A DNA stretch of 64,000 bases from Candidatus Latescibacterota bacterium (lineage in GTDB: Bacteria; Latescibacterota; UBA2968; UBA8231), in assembly GCA_965203175.1 (NCBI GenBank), contig OZ241867.1, forward strand, positions 2,528,001-2,592,000, written 5' to 3'. Below, piece after piece: positions 57,884 to 64,000 of this stretch. A program made the translations under genes and the position numbers. Under the pieces are notes generated by a model. That model made no database searches and was not told where the DNA came from. It worked only from the letters and a program-made list of their open reading frames with translations. Position 1 is the first letter of the stretch; the number at the start of each line of letters is the position of its first letter.

Positions 57884-58972
57884 ATGGCCGAGCCAATCGC
57901 AATGCCCCGCTTGGGATGGACCATGGAGGAGGGCACGCTCGTCGAGTGGCTCAAAGCCGATGGCGATACAGTCGAGGCCGGCGAAATCCTCTTTACGGTG
58001 GAAAGCGACAAGGCCCTCAACGAGATCGAGACTTTTTCCAGCGGCATCCTGCGCATCCCCCCGGACGCGCCCCAACCCGGCGATACGGTGCCGGTGGGCA
58101 CCCTGTTGGGCTATCTGTTGCAGCCCGGCGAGGAAATGCCGACTGCGCCACCTCCAACTCCTACCGCAGAGCCGGTTCCAACGCCTGCGGAACCCGCGAC
58201 CGTAGCAAAACCAAAACTAGCCCCAACTCCTGCACCAGCTCGCTCCGCGGAGCCGACCATCAGCCCCCGCGCTCGGCGCGTGGCCTCGGAGCTTGGGGTG
58301 GAATGGCGCGTGCTTACGGGTAGCGGACGCACGGGCCGGATCGTCGAGCGCGACGTCCGCGCGGCTGCCGCCCGCAGCAGCCAAGCTGCCCCCGCGATCC
58401 TGACGACCGAAGCAGACGCAACCGAGTTAGTGACGTTGCGCCCGCGGCTCAAGGCGGAAGATGCACCAGCACCTGCCTATCACCACCTGATTGCCAAGCT
58501 AGCGGTCGTCGCCTTGGCAGATTACCCCCAGTTGAATGCCGCGGGGACCGAGGCTGTCCACCTCAGTCTCGCCGTAGATACGGGCGATGGTTTGGCGAGT
58601 CCAGTCATTCGCGACGCGCATACCAAGAACTGGGCCGAACTCGCGGCCGAGGCCCGCTTCCTAGCGCTTCAGGCGCGGCGGCACGTCTTAGGGCCGGAGG
58701 ACATGCAGGGCGGCACCTTTGCCATCGCCAACCTCGGCATGTACGGAATCGACGCCTTTACTCCCATCCTCCGCCCTCCCTATCGCGCTGCCTTGGGACT
58801 GGGTCGCATTGCCGAGCGCCCGGCCGTGCGCGAGGGCCGCGTGGTGCCCCGGGCGTTGATATCTTTGAGCCTGACGGTTGAGAGCGAGTTGCTCGAAAAT
58901 GGCGCAGCGCCCCGCTTCCTCGACCGCCTGCGATCCTTGATTGAGCGGCCCGAATTGGGACTGCAAGACTAG
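57884..58972 (+). CDS. Dihydrolipoamide acyltransferase (E2)-like protein lacking catalytic residues
   Basis: Lipoyl domain VESDKA, Pro/Ala linker and binding domain ISPRARR..GSG.TGRI...DV; the catalytic DHRxxDG is replaced by ESELLEN. Confidence 0.85.
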   Translation: MAEPIAMPRLGWTMEEGTLVEWLKADGDTVEAGEILFTVESDKALNEIETFSSGILRIPPDAPQPGDTVPVGTLLGYLLQPGEEMPTAPPPTPTAEPVPTPAEPATVAKPKLAPTPAPARSAEPTISPRARRVASELGVEWRVLTGSGRTGRIVERDVRAAAARSSQAAPAILTTEADATELVTLRPRLKAEDAPAPAYHHLIAKLAVVALADYPQLNAAGTEAVHLSLAVDTGDGLASPVIRDAHTKNWAELAAEARFLALQARRHVLGPEDMQGGTFAIANLGMYGIDAFTPILRPPYRAALGLGRIAERPAVREGRVVPRALISLSLTVESELLENGAAPRFLDRLRSLIERPELGLQD

Positions 58973-58981
58973 GCGCGTCCC

Positions 58982-61381
58982 TCACTTCAGCATCGTCTGC
59001 ACGACCATGCGCGTCCCGTCAATCCGCACTTGTACCGCGCCGGTGTGGTCAGTGCGCAGCACTCGCGCTCCGTGCGCTGCGTAGCGCGCGACGATCTCTG
59101 GGGCCGGGTGCTTGAACTTGTTGCCTTCCCCCAACGACATCACCGCCACTGCGGGCGCGACCGCTTCGATAAAAAGTGGCTGCGACGAGGTGCGCGAGCC
59201 GTGGTGAGCCACCTTGAGCAAGCGCGCCTGCAGCCGCGGGCCCCAAGCGAGGATCGCCGGATCGGTTTCCTGCTCTACGTCGCCGGTGAAGAGCACGCGC
59301 ACGGTTCCGTGCTGTAAGCTAAAGACCACCGAGCCGTTGTTGGGGCCAAAAGGGGTGTTGCCGTCTACATCGACAAAGTCCGCAGTCGGATGCAGGACCA
59401 GTCCCGCGACTTCGCCCAAACCCGCCAAGCTGTCACCCGCCGCGACCCGATGGTAGCGCACGCCCCGCTCGGCGATCAGTTCTTGCAAACGCCGCGCGGT
59501 CCACGAGTCATAGACTTGCCCGCTGTCGAGAAAGTGGCCGACTTCCATTTGCTCCAACAGGGCTACCAGTCCGCCGATGTGGTCGTTGTGCGAATGCGAG
59601 GCTACGACGACATCGACCCGCCGGACGCCCGTGTAGCGCAAGAAAGGCAACAGCACTTGTTCGCCGCAGTCGAAGTATGCGCTGCGCTCGCCGCCATCGA
59701 CGACCATGGTTTTGCCGTTGGGGAAATGCACAAACGCTGCGTCGCCTTGCCCCACGTCCAAAAAGACGATCTCCAAGTCGCGGGAGCGGAGCGCGTAGGT
59801 CCACACTGCGACGTTGAGCCAGATGAGCGACGCGAAAATGGCGGCTTTACACGCCCACGGCCTATGGGGCAACAGCGGGCCGAGCAGGCAGAGGGCGGCG
59901 GCCACTGCGACGAAGAGTACCCCCGGCCGCGGCACGACCACGGATGTAAAGGGCAGCGAGGCCCACCACGAGACTAGCTCGATCAGCCCCACGAGGACTA
60001 GGTAATTGGTGGCATTGAACGCGGTGGTGATCCAAGGCAAAATCCACCCCGTCAACGCGGCCAGCAGACCCAAGCCCACGGCGAGCGCCAAGAGTGGCAC
60101 GACTACTAGATTAGCCACCACGGCTCCCAATGCTAACTGCTGAAAGGAATAGGCGATTAAAGGTCCGGTGCCGAGCTGGGCCCCTAGCGAGGCGCATAGG
60201 GGGATGACAACCCAGCGGCCGATCCGGCTATCAGCGCGTTGAGAGGCCGTAGGGAAAAGCGAGGCGAGCGGCCCGTGCAAGGCGACGATGGCCCACGTCG
60301 CGCCAAAGGAGAGCTGGAAGCTAAGGCTCCACGGACTCTCTGGCCATATCACCAAGATCACTAGTGCCGCCAGCCCAAGGGTGTTGTAGATGTCACCCTG
60401 CCGCCGCAGCACCCGTCCCAACAGCACCACCGCTCCCATCATCACCGACCGCACCACTGGCACCTGCGCTCCGGTTGCGAGGGCATAGAGCGCCAGTGCG
60501 GCGATTGTGGCTGCGGAGCTCGACCGGTCGGCGAGCCGCAGGAGACGGAAGCCGAAGAAGAAAAATCCGCCTACCATCCCGACGTGGAGTCCGCTGACCA
60601 CGAGCGCATGCGCCAACCCGGTGCTGCGAAACGCAGTGCGCACCTCCTCGGGAATTCGCCGCTTCTCTCCCAAGAGTACGCCCAACAACAGCCCGGCCGG
60701 TGCGCCTGAGAGGTTGCGCTCAATGCTCTGGCGCACGGCGCGTCTGAAGGGCAACACCACACCCTCGTACAGCCAGTGTCCAGGCAAGCGCTCCACGGAA
60801 ACGACCTGATCGGGTTTGCCGACGAAAAGCGTGCCGTAGATGTCCTGCTGGGCCAAAAAGGCTCGGTAGTCGAAGGCACCAGGATTCCGCACTGCACGGG
60901 GCCGTTGCAGCCTCCCGCGCAGGGACACGCGGTCGCCGTAATCGGCGGGCAAGTACGCGTCTTTTACTGTGACTAGCACTTGCCCGCTCAAGTGGTAGAT
61001 GGCGCTGTCGGTGACTACCTGTTCCAGCTCTATGGCAAAGTGTACTCGCTCGTCGCTGCGCTCTGGTTCTTGGACGATGCGCCCGGTGACCACGCCGCGC
61101 TGGCCAAAGACCTCGAGCTCGACTAGGTGCGGCAAAGGGGACAGGGCTGTGTCGATGTGGTAACGCAGCGCACCTAACAGGACGACGACCACCCACACCA
61201 TCCAACCCGTCCAACGCGCCTTGCGATAGAAGCCTGTGGTTGCGCCGGCAAGGGCTAAGCCGCTCAGGACCGTCGCTGCGGCTAGGTCTATCTCCACAGT
61301 CTGCCCTAGGAAAATGCCGCTTCCGAAACCGAGGGCCGTCCACAGCGCGGGCCGCCGGAGCGTCTTTTTGCTCGCAGACAT
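58982..61381 (-). CDS. comEC: Competence protein ComEC/Rec2
   Basis: RNPGAFDY, TGLAH.L.VSGLH, SFQLSF, DVGQGD, SHSHNDHIGG and KVAHHGS. Confidence 0.95.
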   Translation of the reverse strand: MSASKKTLRRPALWTALGFGSGIFLGQTVEIDLAAATVLSGLALAGATTGFYRKARWTGWMVWVVVVLLGALRYHIDTALSPLPHLVELEVFGQRGVVTGRIVQEPERSDERVHFAIELEQVVTDSAIYHLSGQVLVTVKDAYLPADYGDRVSLRGRLQRPRAVRNPGAFDYRAFLAQQDIYGTLFVGKPDQVVSVERLPGHWLYEGVVLPFRRAVRQSIERNLSGAPAGLLLGVLLGEKRRIPEEVRTAFRSTGLAHALVVSGLHVGMVGGFFFFGFRLLRLADRSSSAATIAALALYALATGAQVPVVRSVMMGAVVLLGRVLRRQGDIYNTLGLAALVILVIWPESPWSLSFQLSFGATWAIVALHGPLASLFPTASQRADSRIGRWVVIPLCASLGAQLGTGPLIAYSFQQLALGAVVANLVVVPLLALAVGLGLLAALTGWILPWITTAFNATNYLVLVGLIELVSWWASLPFTSVVVPRPGVLFVAVAAALCLLGPLLPHRPWACKAAIFASLIWLNVAVWTYALRSRDLEIVFLDVGQGDAAFVHFPNGKTMVVDGGERSAYFDCGEQVLLPFLRYTGVRRVDVVVASHSHNDHIGGLVALLEQMEVGHFLDSGQVYDSWTARRLQELIAERGVRYHRVAAGDSLAGLGEVAGLVLHPTADFVDVDGNTPFGPNNGSVVFSLQHGTVRVLFTGDVEQETDPAILAWGPRLQARLLKVAHHGSRTSSQPLFIEAVAPAVAVMSLGEGNKFKHPAPEIVARYAAHGARVLRTDHTGAVQVRIDGTRMVVQTMLK

Positions 61382-61483
61382 ACCAAGTCTAACGGCAAAA
61401 ATCGTTCCAACTCGACGGGACGTTGGCGAGTCTGTATGCTAAAGCGGAGAGAAGAAGAGAAAGTTTTGACGAAGGAAGATTAG

Positions 61484-61795
61484 ATGACCAATCCCATAGC
61501 TAAATTACGCGGCAAAGAACGCCGCTATTTGCGCGGTTTAGGCAACGCGCTGCGCCCGACCGTGTATTTGGGCAAAGAAGGGCTTTCCGCTGCCGTTATC
61601 CGTTCGCTCAATGAAGCCTATTCCAACAGCGAGTTGGTCAAGGTGCGCTGCGAGCGCAACAGCCCCCTCGACCGCCGCGAAGCCGGTGAGCAGCTTGCCG
61701 CCGCTACCGAGTCACACCTAGTGCAAGTCTTGGGCAACACGCTGCTCCTCTACCGTCCCGATCCCGATGATCCCCAAATCTCGCTGCCCGAATAG
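61484..61795 (+). CDS. yhbY: YhbY/CRS1 RNA-binding protein
   Basis: ERRYLR..G..L.P...GK.G, ELVKV and VQVLG..LLLYR. Confidence 0.92.
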   Translation: MTNPIAKLRGKERRYLRGLGNALRPTVYLGKEGLSAAVIRSLNEAYSNSELVKVRCERNSPLDRREAGEQLAAATESHLVQVLGNTLLLYRPDPDDPQISLPE

Positions 61796-61832
61796 AGGCG
61801 CAGGCTTTCGTTGAGAAGCGAGAAATATCACT

Positions 61833-62633
61833 TTGAAACCTAGACGCGCGTTGATCACCGGCGGAGCCAGCGGCTTTGGCCTAGGCACCGCCAAGGCCCT
61901 GCTCGCCCAGGGTGCCCAGGTCGCCATCGCCGATATCGATGGCGAGAAACTACGGACAGCAGCCGACGAATTGCACAGCGATCGCGTGTTGCCCCTAGTG
62001 CTCGATGTCACCTCGCCGACATCCGTCCAACAGACCGTAGCCGCCTGCCAAACGCACTTTGGGGGCTTGGACATTCTCGTCAATTCCGCCGGCGTCATCC
62101 ACTTCGGCTCCTTGGCAGAAACCACCGAAGCGGATTGGGATAGGGTCATCGACATTGACCTCAAGGGGGTTTTCCTCTGCTGCCAGGCCGCTGCCCCGCT
62201 TTTGCGCCAGAGCGGTCGGCGCGGTCGCATCGTCAATATCGGCTCGGATGTGTCCAAGATCGGCTTCCCGCTGATTGCCTCCTATTGCGCCGCCAAGGCC
62301 GGAGTCGTCGGCCTGAGCAAGGCGCTGGCCGGCGAACTAGCCTCCGACGGTGTCACCGTCAACTGCGTCTGTCCGGTCGGCGTCTCGACCACCGGCATGG
62401 GCCAGGAGGTGCTCGCCTACAAACGACAGGCGACCGGCGCGACCAATGAAGCGATCCTCGCTGCGACAGCGGCGGACATCCCGCTCGGCCGCAACCCCAC
62501 CCAAGACGATGTCGTCAACGCCATTCTGTTTTTCCTCGCCGAAGAGTCGTCCTTTTTGACCGGAGTCGCGCTCGATGTCGATGGCGGTCTGCTCAGCACC
62601 TCGACCCTGCCCGGCGTTACCGATGGCCAGTAA
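61833..62633 (+). CDS. SDR family NAD(P)-dependent oxidoreductase
   Basis: TGGASGFG, VNSAG, YCAAK and VDGG. Confidence 0.93.
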   Translation: MKPRRALITGGASGFGLGTAKALLAQGAQVAIADIDGEKLRTAADELHSDRVLPLVLDVTSPTSVQQTVAACQTHFGGLDILVNSAGVIHFGSLAETTEADWDRVIDIDLKGVFLCCQAAAPLLRQSGRRGRIVNIGSDVSKIGFPLIASYCAAKAGVVGLSKALAGELASDGVTVNCVCPVGVSTTGMGQEVLAYKRQATGATNEAILAATAADIPLGRNPTQDDVVNAILFFLAEESSFLTGVALDVDGGLLSTSTLPGVTDGQ

Positions 62634-62686
62634 AGGGAAGTGCTAGTTCCGCAAATGAAAAAAGAAGGGAAACTTTGACGGATGCG

Positions 62687-62951
62687 ATGGCTTACACCAT
62701 CCATTTAGAACGTCGTGCTGAACGAGAATTTCGGAGGCTGCCACGAGAAGCTACCAGACGCATCGATGCTGTGTTCCGTCAATTAGCAAGTAATCCACGT
62801 CCAGATGGCGTCGTTAAACTTTCAGGTCGGACAGCTTCTGGTTGGCGGGTATGTGTCGGGGAGTACCGCATCCTCTATCAAATAGATCGACGGCAGGAAC
62901 CGCGTTGATGTTTATCGAATAAAACATCGTCGGGAAGCCTACCGTCAATAA
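62687..62951 (+). pseudogene. Frameshifted RelE/ParE (StbE-like) toxin
   Basis: MAYTI...AEREFRRL...NPRP.G..KL.G...WRV.VGEYRILYQID; one extra base near 62888, after which the shifted frame gives the canonical end DGRNRVDVYRIKHRREAYRQ-stop. Confidence 0.8.
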
Positions 62952-62988
62952 CAAATTGATTGTCGCGGGGCGACTTTTCGAGGCCCTC

Positions 62989-63495
62989 TCAGTTGCTCCC
63001 ATCGCCGCTAGCAACCACGACGAACGTACCTTCCACCACATTGTTCGTCTCATTGGTCTCACGAAGATCGTCAGCCCGGTCGAGAACGAACTCGTAGCGA
63101 TAGGTCCCCGGTTCAGGCGGCTTGAAACCTATTTGATACCACAAAGTAGAATCCATGATCTTATAATGAAGCATCTCGGGAGAAGGGGGCTCTTGGTAAA
63201 CCTTGGCAGGATCCGCTTGATAAACCTTGATAGGACCCGGTACGTAATCAAAAAATTCTCTCTCTCCATCGACGAACAGTTCAACATGGAATGATTTTTT
63301 CGGAATAGCAGTAAGCCCTCTGTTGTCGTAGAACGCCTTAAAGACCACCGTGTTACCCACTTCGATCTTTTCAGGCTCGACTATGACTCCAACAGCATTC
63401 AAGTCGTAGTTTCCCGGAGGAGCCGAAACGATTCTTCCCGTCGATTGACAGGACAGAATAGAAAAGAGTAGTACGGCATAGCAAGTATAGCGCAT
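62989..63495 (-). CDS. Lipoprotein with CARDB-like Ig domain
   Basis: Lipobox ILSC; V.F.A...NRG and LD.ADDLRETNETNN; RBS AAGGAG. Confidence 0.75.
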   Translation of the reverse strand: MRYTCYAVLLFSILSCQSTGRIVSAPPGNYDLNAVGVIVEPEKIEVGNTVVFKAFYDNRGLTAIPKKSFHVELFVDGEREFFDYVPGPIKVYQADPAKVYQEPPSPEMLHYKIMDSTLWYQIGFKPPEPGTYRYEFVLDRADDLRETNETNNVVEGTFVVVASGDGSN

Positions 63496-63509
63496 ATCTA
63501 TCTCCTTAC

Positions 63510-63533
63510 GTAGGGGCGAATCTGCGTTCGTCC
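63510..63533 (+). repeat. GTAG-type REP-like palindrome
   Basis: GTAG followed by hairpin GGGCGAA-TCTGCG-TTCGTCC in an intergenic region. Confidence 0.5.
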
Positions 63534-63606
63534 ATTGGGAAGTCCTTTAGACATTATACATTATCCGGAATAGAGAGCCAAACCGTCTAGGATGCCAAAT
63601 CGGTTC

Positions 63607-64000
63607 TCACCCCTTCCATGCCTGAGCAAAAATGCCGAGTGAGCCGGGCGCGTACCCGGCGTAGTGGTTGTTGAAAAACACGTACGCGGGCTGCTCCGGC
63701 GCAGCCTGTGCCAACTCCCGCACCTGCCGCGCCCACTGCTGGGTCTCAGCGGCGCGGTCCCAGACGAGGCGATCCCAATGTCGTTCCTGTTCGCCCTTGC
63801 GAATTCGCTCCTCGACGTAGGCGTCCATCTTTTTGCGGTCGCCCAAAAAGCGCACGTAGAGGAAGTCGGCGGTTACTGGATTGCTCCGTTCGACGGTGTC
63901 CGCTAAGCCCGGCATGGTGTAGTAGTTGTTCAGCACCAGCGCCACTCCGTGTTCGCGCAGCAGGTCTAACAGTTCCGCCCGCAGCCAACTCCCGTTGCGC
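63607..64000 (-). CDS. DUF72 domain protein (5' end outside the window)
   Basis: TADFLYVRF.G and AYVFFNNHYAG.AP; the frame stays open to the window edge. Confidence 0.85.
   Translation of the reverse strand, partial: RNGSWLRAELLDLLREHGVALVLNNYYTMPGLADTVERSNPVTADFLYVRFLGDRKKMDAYVEERIRKGEQERHWDRLVWDRAAETQQWARQVRELAQAAPEQPAYVFFNNHYAGYAPGSLGIFAQAWKG

Overview
A gene-dense, GC-rich bacterial chromosomal window with no rRNA, tRNA, CRISPR array, transposase or integrase that I could recognise. The protein repertoire suggests an FCB-group candidate lineage such as Latescibacterota; this is inference only. The most striking part is 1.7-20.4 kb, a cell-envelope locus. It holds three paralogous large secreted proteins that share discoidin-like and RTRTG/WSxWS blocks plus a C-terminal NP(F/L)TPNGDG(I/V)N...WDG...VAY domain (FlgD-Ig / T9SS type-B-like), and a CBM9-like protein ending in TAVEDVSWGQIK. 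It also holds an 887-aa orphan exported protein that may be an outer-membrane barrel, a GT-C+TPR glycosyltransferase, a TPR lipoprotein, a parvulin-type foldase lipoprotein and a DUF6785/DUF6784-like polytopic membrane protein. From 22 to 30 kb a sugar ABC / glycosidase-like run is interrupted by a lower-GC ABC-ATPase + TOPRIM-like pair and an orphan fused YgiT zinc finger, with heptamer tandem repeats in two spacers. The rest contains higBA, a long catabolic patchwork (GalB-like PIG-L, sulfite oxidase family, GH172, enolase superfamily, FAD oxidase, 2 PhyH, amidohydrolase+Rieske, AAC(3)- and APH(6)-family), housekeeping genes (nth, mnmA, ahcY, pckA, comEC, yhbY), an ECF sigma/anti-sigma triad, an E1a/E1b/E2 cluster whose E2 lacks its catalytic residues, and a frameshifted RelE toxin. 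All calls come from reading motifs by eye; no searches were run, and several start codons were moved from the ORF track to sites with an RBS or a stop/start overlap.
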